A DNA stretch of 64,000 nucleotides from Thermoanaerobaculia bacterium (GCA_963821225.1 CAWGCY010000006.1:275217-339216), one strand, 5' to 3'. Counted from the stretch's first letter, positions 29,100 to 38,661 are shown. The notes: generated by a model from the letters alone, not told the origin. Made by a program: numbers and translations.

Positions 29100-31244
29100 T
29101 CAGGTCAGCCTGGCCTCGCGGCTCTTTCTGAGCTCTTCGACCGCTGCCCTGAAGTGTGCCGCGGACAAGGAGAGCTTTCCCTCGTTCTTCCCCCGCTGTC
29201 CATGAATCAGCTCGGCAATGGCCAGCATCGTCGCCCTCTTGCACAGGAAAGCGATGTGAGAGCCGACGAGTCCGTCCGTCATTCGCGCGAGCTCGCCAAG
29301 GTCGACGTCGCTGTTCAACGGCCTCCCGGAAGAGTGGATTTGGAGTATCTCGAGCCGTTCCTTCTCGTCCGGAGCGTGGAAATGGAGAACGTAATCGAGA
29401 CGCCCGGGCCTCACGAGGGCCGGGTCGAGGAGCTCTTGCCGGTTCGTTGCCCCGATGACGATCACCTGGGAGAGATCGCTCAGAGAATCGAGCTCGTTGA
29501 AGAACTGGCTTGCCACGCGCTCCGTAGCCGCCGATCCCGTCTCGTCGCCCCGCTTTGGCGCGAGGGCGTCGATTTCGTCGAAAAAAAGGATCGTCGGGGC
29601 GGACTGCTTCGCCTTCTTGAAGATCCCGTGGAGCGCCTTCTCCGACTCTCCCAGCCATTTCGAGAAGAGGATCGAGCTGCTGATCGGGATGAAATTGATG
29701 CCCGTCTCCCCGGCGAGAGCCCTGACCATGACGGTCTTGCCGGTGCCGGAAGGGCCGGATAGAAGGATGCCGCGCGACGAGATCTTGCCCGAGGCGAAGA
29801 GCTCGGGATACTTCAGCGGCCAATCGACGATCGAGAGAAGCGTCTCTTTGATCTCAGCCAGCCCGCCGATGTCGCAGAGCTTCAACGTGGACCTTTCGTT
29901 GAAGAATTCCCGGGTCGCCGTCGGTTCGACCTCTCGAAGGGCAGTCAGAAAATCCTCGTGAGAAATTCTCATGCTCTCCGGAGAGAGGGGCAGGCGGTCG
30001 GGGTTGCCCAATGCACCCACCGGCAGATATCGCCGCACGGCGGCCATCCCCGCCTCCTTGCAGAGCGCTTCCAGATCCGCCCCGACGAAACCGTGGGTGA
30101 TCTGCGCAACCTGATCGAGATCGACGTCGGCGTCGAGAGGCATCCGACGGCTGTGAATCTTCAAGATGGCCCGGCGTCCGTCGGCGTGGGGAGCGGAGAT
30201 GCCGATTTCCCGGTCGAACCGGCCCGGTCTGCGCAGCGCGGGGTCAATCATTTCCGGGACGTTGGTCGCGCCGATCACGAGAACATGACCGCGAGGAACC
30301 GTGCCGTCCATGAGGGCGAGAAGTTGCGCCACGACCCTCTTCTCCACATCCCCCACGACCTCGGCACGCTTCGGGGCGATGGCATCGATTTCATCGATGA
30401 AGATGACGCTCGGCGCCTTGCGCGTCGCCTCTTCGAAGATCTCGCGCAATCTGGCTTCGCTGTCGCCATAATATTTCTGGATGATTTCCGGCCCGTTGAT
30501 CTTGATGAAGTGGAGCTTCGTCTCCGCTGCGATTGCGCGGGCGATGAGAGTCTTTCCGGTTCCCGGCGGCCCATAGAGAAGCAGCCCCTTCGGCGCCTCG
30601 ATCCCCAGTCTGTCGAAGAGCTCCCCGTACCGCAGCGGAATCTCCACCATCTCCCGGATGGATCTCAGCTCCCGTTCCAATCCGCCGATGTCCTCATACG
30701 AAATGCGGGAGTCCGCTTTTTCGACATAGTCGGGTTTGTTGACCTTGAATTTTGTGTGCTGATTGATGATGACCGCGCCGGAGGGTGAAGTACCCTCCAC
30801 GGAAAAGAAGCGATCCTTGCCTCCAAAGAGCGGAATGTTCACTCTGTCGCCGGAAATGACGGCCAGCCCTTGCAGGATCTTTCCGATATATCCGACCTCG
30901 TTTTCGTCGGGCCACCAGTTTGCGGAGTCGATCGGGGTGAGCACGATGGTGGTCGCGGTTTGCCGGGCCGCCTTCTTGAGCGTCACCGTTCCGCCGATCT
31001 GCACCCCGGCGTTCGCGCGGGTGTAGCCGTCGAGCTGGACCAGTTTTTGGCCAAGATGTTCCGGGAAAATTCCGGAGATTCTGGCGACGGTGCGCTGTTC
31101 GCCGATAACCTCGACAACGTCGCCAAGAGTAGCGCCCAGGGCCTCGACGTCTTCAGGGTCAAAGCGCGCCAAGCCCTTGCCGACGTCGTCGATGAACACC
31201 TCCGCGACCCTCAACTCGACTTCGGGGACGGGCTTCTGAGACAT
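29100..31244 (-). CDS. CDC48/VCP-like AAA+ ATPase (N-domain + two AAA modules)
   Basis: 714 aa. LLYGPPGTGKT...IIFIDEIDAIAPKR is followed by a second copy LLSGPSGTGKT...ILFFDEIDALAPKRG. The N-terminal double-psi/beta-barrel-like region VAEVFIDDVGKGLARFDPEDVEALGATLGDVVEV is also present. Confidence 0.85.
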   Translation of the reverse strand: MSQKPVPEVELRVAEVFIDDVGKGLARFDPEDVEALGATLGDVVEVIGEQRTVARISGIFPEHLGQKLVQLDGYTRANAGVQIGGTVTLKKAARQTATTIVLTPIDSANWWPDENEVGYIGKILQGLAVISGDRVNIPLFGGKDRFFSVEGTSPSGAVIINQHTKFKVNKPDYVEKADSRISYEDIGGLERELRSIREMVEIPLRYGELFDRLGIEAPKGLLLYGPPGTGKTLIARAIAAETKLHFIKINGPEIIQKYYGDSEARLREIFEEATRKAPSVIFIDEIDAIAPKRAEVVGDVEKRVVAQLLALMDGTVPRGHVLVIGATNVPEMIDPALRRPGRFDREIGISAPHADGRRAILKIHSRRMPLDADVDLDQVAQITHGFVGADLEALCKEAGMAAVRRYLPVGALGNPDRLPLSPESMRISHEDFLTALREVEPTATREFFNERSTLKLCDIGGLAEIKETLLSIVDWPLKYPELFASGKISSRGILLSGPSGTGKTVMVRALAGETGINFIPISSSILFSKWLGESEKALHGIFKKAKQSAPTILFFDEIDALAPKRGDETGSAATERVASQFFNELDSLSDLSQVIVIGATNRQELLDPALVRPGRLDYVLHFHAPDEKERLEILQIHSSGRPLNSDVDLGELARMTDGLVGSHIAFLCKRATMLAIAELIHGQRGKNEGKLSLSAAHFRAAVEELRKSREARLT

Positions 31245-31559
31245 GGGCCCTGGTCCGCTACCGACCGGCGCTCGGTGGGCCGGGCTGGCCGCCGGGAATG
31301 ACGGGCCGGAAGGGGTACGGACGGACGAAAACCGATCTCGAATGCCGGGACGTGACGTCAGGACAGACCACGATCTTTAATTCTACCAGTTCCCGAACGT
31401 CCGAACACCGTTGGACGGCGCCTCAATGGAGCGCCTTGTAGAGCATGTAACCCGCCAGAGCGAGCATGGTGCGCGCGAACGCGCGTCTCAGAGCCTTCAC
31501 CGGCGAGCGATGCGGGTGCTAGGCTGCGGCCGCGGGCTGCCGCGGAGGGCCGTGCACGG

Positions 31560-33290
31560 ATGAAGACGTTCTCGTTCAAGATCGACGCGCTCACGGGTGA
31601 AGAGTTCCTCGAGGTCTACATCCGGGGTCGCCAGCTCCTGAACGACCCGCTCCTGAACAAGGGGTCGGGCTTCACCCGGGAGGAACGGCTCGCGTTCGGC
31701 CTCGACGGGTACGTCCGTTCGGGGTATTCCCCGATGGAGGTGCAGGTCGAGAGGACGCTCGAAGCGTATCGCCGCAAACCCGACGCCATGGAGCGTTACA
31801 TCTTCCTGAACAGTCTGCTCGACAGGAGCGAGCCGCTCTTCTATCGGCTCCTCCGCGACAACCTGACCGAGATGGTGCCCATCGTCTACACGCCCACCGT
31901 CGGGCAGGCGTGCCTCGAGCTGAGCCACATCCAGCGGCGTTTCCGGGGCGTCTACGTGAGCCCAGAAAACATCGATCGGATCGACCAGATCTTCCAGTCG
32001 ATCAGCCGGCCGCACGTTTATCTGATCGTGGTGACGGACGGCGAACGGATCCTCGGCCTCGGCGACCTCGGCTCCGACGGAATGGGGATCCCGGTCGGAA
32101 AGGTCAGCCTCTACGTGGCCGCCGGAGGCCTCCATCCGGCTGTCTGCCTTCCCATGTGCCTCGACATCGGCACGAACAACGAACGGCTCCTCGGCGACCC
32201 GCTTTATCTGGGCTACCGCCACCGGCGCCTCGAGGGGGAGGCGTACGCGGAGATCGTCGAGCGGTTCGTCCTCGGCGTGAAGCGAAACTTCCCCGACGCC
32301 CTGCTTCAGTGGGAGGACTTCGCCAAGAACAAGGCCCTCCAGAACCTCGAGCGGTACCGCGAGCGGATCCTCTCCTTCAACGACGACATCCAGGGGACCG
32401 GCGCCGCCGCGCTTGCCGCCCTGATGACGGCCATGCGCATCAAGGAGACCACATTCCACGAGCAGCGGTTCGTCGTCGTCGGGATGGGGCAGGCCGGCTC
32501 GGGGATCTGCTACATGATCCGGACGATGCTCCGGCAGGAAGGGCTCTCCGAGGCCGAGGCTCGCCGCCGACTCTTCGCGCTCGACATGCAGGGTCTTCTC
32601 CTGGAGGACGACCCCTCTCTCGAGCCCCAGCAGAAGATGTACGCCCAGCCCCGGGCCGCGGTAGAGGGCTGGCGCCTCCAGTCCTCTTCGGGCGTCGGTC
32701 TTCTCGACGTCGTGAGGAACGCCAAGCCGACCGTCCTGATCGGCGTCACGGCGCAGCGAGGCCTCTTCTCGGCCGAGATCCTCGAGGAGGTGGCCCGGAA
32801 TACCGACCGTCCGGTCGTGATGGCTCTGTCGAACCCCACGTCACGGACCGAGTGCACCCCGGAGGAGCTGGCTCGCGCCACTGGCGGGCGGGGACTCCTG
32901 GCGACCGGGAGCCCGTTTCCGCCGCTCGAGTGGAACGGCCGGACGATCAAGACGTCGCAGGGGAACAACCTCTTCATCTTCCCGGGCGTCGGTCTCGGCG
33001 CGCTCGTGAGCAGGGCGGCCAAAGTCACGGACGGGATGTTCCTCGCCGCGACGCGCGCCGTCAGCGCGATGGTGACGCCCGGGGAAGAGGAGCAGGGGCT
33101 GCTCCTCCCGGACATGGAGGCCATTCGCGACGTGTCTGCCCGCGTGGCCACGGCCGTGGCGATCGAGGCTCGCGACGCCGGTCTGGGCCGACTCCTCGAC
33201 GACCGGGAGCTCGAGGGCCTCGTCCGCAAGGCCCAGTGGGAGCCGCGGTTCAGCCCTTATCGGCCGGGGCCCGCGGCCGCCGCCGGCTGA
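31560..33290 (+). CDS. NAD(P)-dependent malic enzyme (oxaloacetate-decarboxylating malate dehydrogenase)
   Basis: 576 aa. LNDPLLNKGSGFTREERLAFGLDG...IVYTPTVGQACL...FNDDIQGTGAAALAAL is the eukaryote-type large malic enzyme family. Confidence 0.9.
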   Translation: MKTFSFKIDALTGEEFLEVYIRGRQLLNDPLLNKGSGFTREERLAFGLDGYVRSGYSPMEVQVERTLEAYRRKPDAMERYIFLNSLLDRSEPLFYRLLRDNLTEMVPIVYTPTVGQACLELSHIQRRFRGVYVSPENIDRIDQIFQSISRPHVYLIVVTDGERILGLGDLGSDGMGIPVGKVSLYVAAGGLHPAVCLPMCLDIGTNNERLLGDPLYLGYRHRRLEGEAYAEIVERFVLGVKRNFPDALLQWEDFAKNKALQNLERYRERILSFNDDIQGTGAAALAALMTAMRIKETTFHEQRFVVVGMGQAGSGICYMIRTMLRQEGLSEAEARRRLFALDMQGLLLEDDPSLEPQQKMYAQPRAAVEGWRLQSSSGVGLLDVVRNAKPTVLIGVTAQRGLFSAEILEEVARNTDRPVVMALSNPTSRTECTPEELARATGGRGLLATGSPFPPLEWNGRTIKTSQGNNLFIFPGVGLGALVSRAAKVTDGMFLAATRAVSAMVTPGEEEQGLLLPDMEAIRDVSARVATAVAIEARDAGLGRLLDDRELEGLVRKAQWEPRFSPYRPGPAAAAG

Positions 33291-33357
33291 CGCGCCGGAG
33301 CGGAGCGGGCGCGGGACGTCGTCAGGAACGAGCGCGCCCTCGGGACCTTGAAAGGGC

Positions 33358-35508
33358 TCACCAGAGGCCCAGGTCGAGCGTCACGGACACGCTGCGGGTC
33401 GCCGCCGCGTAGTAGTACGGAATCCCCGAGACCGTGTCCTGTCCCGCATCGCGCGTCACGTAGAGGTACGAGTACCCGCTCGGGAAGATGCGCCGGTTGT
33501 CGAGGAGGTTGTTGACGCGCACCGAGAGCCGCGGCTTTCCGGCCGCGACGAGGCGCGAAAGGTCGAGCCGGAAGGAGGCGTCGAGCTGGAAGAAGCGCGG
33601 CGCCTCGAGGCCTTCCGTGTTCGTGTTGTCGAGCCACGAGGCGGCGACGTAGCGGCCAGTGAGGCCGACCGTCACGTCCTTCAGGGCCGTCGTCTCGAGG
33701 CCGGCCGTCGCGACGAATGGGGGAGTCCCCACGGGCGCCACGTCGTGGAACGTGCGCGGCAGAGAACCCGTGAAGTTGCCGTCCGCGTCGTACACGTCGT
33801 AGAACTGCGTCCACTCGCTGATCCGGCTGCGGTTCAGGTTCACCGCGGCCGTGACCCGGAGCGCGGGCAGCGCCTGCCACGCGGCGTCCAGCTCGAGCCC
33901 GCGGCGGAAGCTCCTCGCCACGTTCCGCCGGAGCGCGAGCCCGATCGGCGAGAGCTCGCCCGTGAGCGCGATTTCGTCGTGAAACTCCATGTCGTAGAGG
34001 TTCGCCCTGAGAACGAGGTCCTTCGTCCGCCACTCGGCACCCAGCTCCACGTCCCAGACGCTCTCGGGCTTGACCGCGTCGAAGTCGGGGAGCGTCGAGG
34101 CGTTGTCCTCGCCGAGGAGAATGTCCGAGCGAGCAGGTTCGCGCTCGGTGCGGCCGATCGACACGTAGGCGCTCGAGCGGTCCGAGACGTCGACGCGCAA
34201 GCCGGCCTTCGGGTTGAAGAACGTCCACCCGCGCCCGGCCTCCCCGACGTCGCCCGCGTAGGACAGGTGCGCGTACCGCACCTGCGCGTCGAGGAACGGA
34301 TGCCACGCGCCGAGGCCGCCCAGGAGCTTCACGAAACCGCTGACTTCGTTCTTGTACCCGTGGTTCAGGTAATTGCGCTGTCCTCCGTCCACTTCGTCCT
34401 GGGTATGCGTGCTGCGGTAGCCGTACGCGTGCGCGCCCGCGGTCAGGTGGAAGGTGCCGAAATCGCGCGTGTAAGTCGCGAGGCCTCCGCCGAAGAGCCA
34501 CGACAGGCCGTATTCCTGCAGGTCCGCGCGGTTCGCCTCGTCCGCGAAGAGGCGGTACCAGCCGCCCGCGCCCACCACATAGCCCTGCAGGGAGAAGCTC
34601 GCTTTGGCTCCGAGTGCCTTCGTCCATTGCCCCGTGACGAGATATTCGTGGAAGTGATCCCTCTCCTCGGGCGCGAGAGGATTGAACGTGAGGTCCTTCT
34701 CGAGGATGTCGGGTTCCACGGCATAAAATGCCTGCTGGATGCGCTCTTCGCCCGCGAAGCCCGAGAACCGGAGCGTCGAGGACTCGAAGTCGCGTGCGGC
34801 CGAGAAAAAGACGCTGTCCTGCTTCACGCCCGAGCTCTCGCGGAACCCGTCCGTCGTCTGCCAGGACGGACGCAGCGACAGCCGCCACCCGCCGCCGAGC
34901 GTCCCGGTGTTCCAGTTCGCGCTCGCCCGAGCCGTGCCGAAAGAGCCCGCGCCGAGCTGAAGGTCCAGCGACGGCGAGCGGGCCGGGTCGAGGCTCTCGA
35001 AGTTGACCGAGCCGGCGAAGGATGCGGCGCCCACGGTGGACGTCCCGACGCCGCGCTGGACCTGGACGCTCCCGACGTTGCCCGCGAGGTTCGCGAAGTC
35101 GGCCGTGTAGACGGCCGAATCCTCCGGCTCGTTCAGCGGCACGCCGTCGAACGTCATGTTCACGCGCGTCTGTCCGATGCCGCGCATTTGCAGGTACGCG
35201 TATCCCTGCCCCGAGCCCGTCTCGGAGTACGCCGTCACGGACGGCGACTCCTGAAGCAGCATCGGCATTTCCTGCCCCCAGCTCTTCGCGGCGAGCTCGG
35301 GCTGGTCCAGGTTCGTCTTCGTGACGGGTGCGACGTCGTCGGCGCGGAGCGCCTTCACGACGACGTTCTCCGACACGTGCGGCGTGGAAGCCAAGCTCTG
35401 CGTGGGCGTCGGTGTCGGAGTGGGTGCGGGGGAGGCCTGCTGCGCGCGTGCGGTTGCCGTCCAGAGGAAAACCAGAAGTGAGAGGGTCCGGAAGATTTTC
35501 GGCGACAT
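33358..35508 (-). CDS. TonB-dependent outer-membrane receptor (putative thiamin/TPP-related uptake, riboswitch-controlled)
   Basis: 716 aa with a signal peptide, a plug domain (ETGSGQGYAYLQMRGIGQTRVNMTFDGVPLNEPED), a 22-strand barrel and a C-terminal ...TLDLGLW aromatic terminus. Its 5' leader carries a TPP riboswitch. Confidence 0.85.
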   Translation of the reverse strand: MSPKIFRTLSLLVFLWTATARAQQASPAPTPTPTPTQSLASTPHVSENVVVKALRADDVAPVTKTNLDQPELAAKSWGQEMPMLLQESPSVTAYSETGSGQGYAYLQMRGIGQTRVNMTFDGVPLNEPEDSAVYTADFANLAGNVGSVQVQRGVGTSTVGAASFAGSVNFESLDPARSPSLDLQLGAGSFGTARASANWNTGTLGGGWRLSLRPSWQTTDGFRESSGVKQDSVFFSAARDFESSTLRFSGFAGEERIQQAFYAVEPDILEKDLTFNPLAPEERDHFHEYLVTGQWTKALGAKASFSLQGYVVGAGGWYRLFADEANRADLQEYGLSWLFGGGLATYTRDFGTFHLTAGAHAYGYRSTHTQDEVDGGQRNYLNHGYKNEVSGFVKLLGGLGAWHPFLDAQVRYAHLSYAGDVGEAGRGWTFFNPKAGLRVDVSDRSSAYVSIGRTEREPARSDILLGEDNASTLPDFDAVKPESVWDVELGAEWRTKDLVLRANLYDMEFHDEIALTGELSPIGLALRRNVARSFRRGLELDAAWQALPALRVTAAVNLNRSRISEWTQFYDVYDADGNFTGSLPRTFHDVAPVGTPPFVATAGLETTALKDVTVGLTGRYVAASWLDNTNTEGLEAPRFFQLDASFRLDLSRLVAAGKPRLSVRVNNLLDNRRIFPSGYSYLYVTRDAGQDTVSGIPYYYAAATRSVSVTLDLGLW

Positions 35509-35519
35509 GTGCGCTCTTT

Positions 35520-35600
35520 CTGCCTTTCCCTACGCCGGTTCGAACCGGATCAGGTTCCGGGGTGTGATCTCAGGCCCTCTCGGGCCACCCCCAGGCAGGA
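35520..35600 (-). ncRNA. TPP (thiamine pyrophosphate) riboswitch, THI element, in 5' leader of the TonB-dependent receptor gene
   Basis: The reverse-complement RNA reads CCUGCCUGGGGGUGGCCCGAGAGGGCCUGAGAUCACACCCCGGAACCUGAUCCGGUUCGAACCGGCGUAGGGAAAGGCAG. Every conserved THI-box block is present: GGGGUG(G)CCC, GGCCUGAGA, ACACCC, GAACCUGAUC, GGUU..AACC (the P3 hairpin), and GCGUAGGGAA. A CUGCC/GGCAG P1 helix closes the element. It ends 12 nt before the start codon. Confidence 0.8.
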
Positions 35601-35698
35601 ATAAATGTGGGCCCGAAACCGCCCGGAGTCAAGCGCAGCCTTTCTGCGGCGTTCCTGAGGAGGTTTCGTTGCAGAATCCGCCCGGAAGGAGACGTCAC

Positions 35699-36124
35699 AT
35701 GCCGGTACGCAGCGCCAGCGCCGTCTGGCAAGGAGACCTGAAGGCGGGCAAAGGCACGATGCGCCTCGGGAGCGGAGCTTTCGAGGGCCAGTTCTCGTTC
35801 GCCTCGCGCTTCGAGGAGGGCAACGGCACGAACCCGGAGGAGCTCGCTGGCGCGGCCCACGCCGGGTGCTTCTCGATGGCCTTCTCGAACGAGCTGTCCA
35901 CGGCGGGCTTCGTTCCGACCCGCGTCGCCACGAGCGCGAAGGTGCACCTCGAAAAAGGGGAGGGCGGCTTCGCGATCTCGCGCATCGACCTCGATTGCGA
36001 GGCGCAGGTGCCCAGGATCGACAACGCGAAGTTCCAGGAGATCGCAGCCGCCGCCAAGAAAGGCTGCCCGATCTCGAAACTCTTCACCGGGGCTCAGATC
36101 AACCTCGTCGCGAAGCTGGTCTGA
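35699..36124 (+). CDS. osmC: OsmC-family peroxiredoxin-like protein
   Basis: 141 aa. TNPEELAGAAHAGCFSMAFSNEL...AAKKGCPISKL carries the two conserved Cys of OsmC/Ohr. GGAAGGAGA RBS. The ORF-track upstream extension is rejected. Confidence 0.85.
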   Translation: MPVRSASAVWQGDLKAGKGTMRLGSGAFEGQFSFASRFEEGNGTNPEELAGAAHAGCFSMAFSNELSTAGFVPTRVATSAKVHLEKGEGGFAISRIDLDCEAQVPRIDNAKFQEIAAAAKKGCPISKLFTGAQINLVAKLV

Positions 36125-36242
36125 CCTAGAAAACTGGAAAGGACGGCGCTTCGCGCCGTGCTCAGAACAGGAAGAGAAGGAAACCAAGACGCGTACGTTG
36201 CGTATCCCGGAATCAGATCGACGGAAAAAGGAGGAGAAAACG

Positions 36243-36911
36243 ATGAAGCGCTTCCGAAACTCCGCTCTTGTCCTCTCAGCAGCTCTTTCTCTTCTCGTCC
36301 TCTCTTTGGTTCCCTCGGCGGCGTCCGCCGACGAGAAGCCCAAGGAAGCCGCGAAGGCCGCGGCGCCCGCGACGAAGGCCGCCGCGCCGGCCGGCATGCC
36401 CAGCCAGGAAGAAATGATGAAGGCCTGGATGGCGGCCGCCACCCCCGGCGAGGCTCACAAGAAGCTGGAGCCAGTCGTCGGGTCCTTCACGGTCCAGACG
36501 AAGATGTGGATGGATCCCTCGAAGCCCCCGGAAGAGTCCGGAGGCACCAGCGAGAGCAAGTGGGTGCTCGGCGGACGCTTCGTCGAGCAGCACGTGGAAG
36601 GCACCGCGATGGGCCAGCCCTTCTCCGGCATCGGGTACACCGGCTACGACAACTACAAGAAGAAGTACGTCGGCTCGTGGGTGGACAGCATGGGGACGAT
36701 GATCATGACCTCGACCGGCACGGCGGATGCCTCGGGGAAGAAGCTCACGTTCTGGTCCACGATGGACGACGTCGTGATGAAGAAGACGATGAAGGTCAAG
36801 AGCCAGGTGACGATCGTGGACAACGACCACCACACCTACGAGATGTGGGGACCTGGTCCCGACGGGAAGATGTTCAAGACGCTGGAAATCCATTACACGC
36901 GGAAGAAGTAG
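36243..36911 (+). CDS. DUF1579-family secreted protein
   Basis: MKRFRNSALVLSAALSLLVLSLVPSAASA is a signal peptide. ...PGEAHKKLEPVVGSFTVQTKMWMDP...HHTYEMWGPGPDGKMFKTLEIHYTRK. AAGGAGGAG RBS at the internal ATG 36243. Confidence 0.65.
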   Translation: MKRFRNSALVLSAALSLLVLSLVPSAASADEKPKEAAKAAAPATKAAAPAGMPSQEEMMKAWMAAATPGEAHKKLEPVVGSFTVQTKMWMDPSKPPEESGGTSESKWVLGGRFVEQHVEGTAMGQPFSGIGYTGYDNYKKKYVGSWVDSMGTMIMTSTGTADASGKKLTFWSTMDDVVMKKTMKVKSQVTIVDNDHHTYEMWGPGPDGKMFKTLEIHYTRKK

Positions 36912-36912
36912 C

Positions 36913-38661
36913 TCAGAGCTTCTTCAGCGCCTCCATCGCCTTTTTCAACGACTGCCGGCTCCGGAAGAACCCGGCCCACGGGTCGGGCTTCCGGAGCCGC
37001 TCTGCGAAGTTGCCGAGGTTGAAGTCGGCCGCCTTCAGGGACGCCTTCACCTCGGACCATTCGAGCGGCGTCGAGACGGGGGCGTGCGCGCGCCGCCTCA
37101 CCGAGTAGGGCGTCACCACGGTCTGGCCGAGCGCGTTCCGGAAGGAGTCGAGGAAGACGCGTCCCTCCCTCGCCGCGATGCGCATCTCGACCGTCAACTC
37201 CCTCGGGTACGCCGCCGTGAGGCGCGTCCCCAGCTCCTTCGCGAACCACGTGACTTCCTTCGTGCTGGGGCCGGGCTTGATCGGCAGGAAGATGTGCAGC
37301 CCCTTTCCTCCGGAGGTCTTCACGAAGGCCTCGAGGTCGAGCGCGTCCAGGGCCCGCTTCACTTTCAGCGCCGCGTTCACCGCGTCGACCATCTGGCCCG
37401 AGTCCGGATCGAGGTCGAAGCAGACCCAGTCGGGCCGGTCGAGATCGCCGACTCGGCTGTTCCAGACGTGGACGGCGATGCAGCCGAGATTCGCGAGCGC
37501 GAGCTGGGTCTCGAGCTTTCCACCCACGACGGTGTTCGTGATTCCGCGGTCGTGCTTCACGGGGATCGTGGGGGTGTCTTTCGGCATCCCGGCGGGTCTC
37601 TCCTTCTGGTAAAAGCACTCGCCGCCCATCCCGTCCGGACAGCGCTCCAGGGAGAGGGGGCGATCGTCGACGTAGGGCTTCAGGCTTGGAAAGATGCCCT
37701 GATAGAAGGCGACGAGATCCGCCTTCGTGTACCCCTCCTCGGGCCAGAACACCTTGTCGGGGTTCGAGACGGGGACTGGGAATGAGTGTTTTGAGGAGGA
37801 CGAAGAGGAAGACGAGGAGAAAGACGAAGGTTTCTTAGAAGGGGGTTGGGGTTCGGCTGCGCGCGTCGATTTTTCGTCGCGCGTCGAGCTGGCCCGTGCG
37901 GCGCCCCTCTTACCCTTCGAAGAAATCTTCTCTTCGTGCTCTTCGGACCCGACATTCTCGGCGACAGTTTTATTCGAATGCCAGACCGCGGGCGCTTTCT
38001 TCCTCTTGCGCTCCAGGAGCTTCGGTTCCTTGAGCAGCTTTTCGACCTCGCCAACCGGATCTCCCGTCGACGCCTTTTCGACGTCGCCGCCCTCGTCGAT
38101 CGCGATCTCGGTCAGCAGGCGATTCGAGACGACCGAGCGCGGCTGGTCCTCTGCGATGTCCTCGTCCGATGCGAAACCGTCGCGATGCTTGATGAGGAGC
38201 CACGCGGGGCGCTTCGACGAGCCCCAGCCCTTCGTGCGCACGAGGACCCACCCGCCCTTCAGCTTTTCGCCCGACAGCGTGAACTTGAGCTCGCCTTTCG
38301 CGAGAGCCGCGTCGACGTCGGGCGACTCCGGACTCCAGGTGCCGCGGTCCCATACCATGACCGTCCCGCCGCCGTACTCGCCTGCGGGGATGATCCCCTC
38401 GAACGCCGCGTACTCGATCGGGTGATCCTCGACGTGGGTCGCCATGCGCTTGACCGCCGGGTCGAGGGACGGCCCCTTCGGGACCGCCCACGACAACAGG
38501 ACACCGTTCCACTCGAGGCGGAAGTCGTAGTGCAACGCGGTCGCGCGGTGCTTCTGGACGACGTAGGCGAGCGCCGTCTTTCGCTTTTTCGGCGCCTTCG
38601 CGCCCGCGGGCTCCTTCGTGACGTCGAAGCGGCGCTTCTTGCGGTAGTCCTCGAGCGGCAT
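36913..38661 (-). CDS. ligD: LigD-type NHEJ protein: N-terminal 3'-phosphoesterase (PE) domain + poly-Ser linker + C-terminal primase-polymerase (Pol) domain; no ATP-dependent ligase domain
   Basis: The PE domain reads LEDYRKKRRFDVTKEPAG...HYDFRLEWNGVLLSWAVPKGPS. The linker reads PSKKPSSFSSSSSSSSSKHSF. The Pol domain reads KVFWPEEGYTKADLVAFYQGIFPSLKPYVDDRPLSLERCPDG...VVTPYSVRRRAHAPVSTPLEW. ATG at 38661. Confidence 0.8.
   Translation of the reverse strand: MPLEDYRKKRRFDVTKEPAGAKAPKKRKTALAYVVQKHRATALHYDFRLEWNGVLLSWAVPKGPSLDPAVKRMATHVEDHPIEYAAFEGIIPAGEYGGGTVMVWDRGTWSPESPDVDAALAKGELKFTLSGEKLKGGWVLVRTKGWGSSKRPAWLLIKHRDGFASDEDIAEDQPRSVVSNRLLTEIAIDEGGDVEKASTGDPVGEVEKLLKEPKLLERKRKKAPAVWHSNKTVAENVGSEEHEEKISSKGKRGAARASSTRDEKSTRAAEPQPPSKKPSSFSSSSSSSSSKHSFPVPVSNPDKVFWPEEGYTKADLVAFYQGIFPSLKPYVDDRPLSLERCPDGMGGECFYQKERPAGMPKDTPTIPVKHDRGITNTVVGGKLETQLALANLGCIAVHVWNSRVGDLDRPDWVCFDLDPDSGQMVDAVNAALKVKRALDALDLEAFVKTSGGKGLHIFLPIKPGPSTKEVTWFAKELGTRLTAAYPRELTVEMRIAAREGRVFLDSFRNALGQTVVTPYSVRRRAHAPVSTPLEWSEVKASLKAADFNLGNFAERLRKPDPWAGFFRSRQSLKKAMEALKKL

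Noticed and set aside
31351-31358. TGACGTCA palindrome and GC-alternating mini-hairpins in the 315-nt divergent region between the CDC48-like and malic-enzyme genes.
   Set aside because: They are short, and the frequency expected by chance is high in this GC context. There is no second copy or flanking conservation to support a site.
35537-35550. CCGGTTCGAACCGG resembles a tRNA T-arm (GGTTCGAAtCC) or a protein-binding palindrome.
   Set aside because: No acceptor, D or anticodon arms can be built around it. It is the P3 hairpin of the TPP riboswitch.
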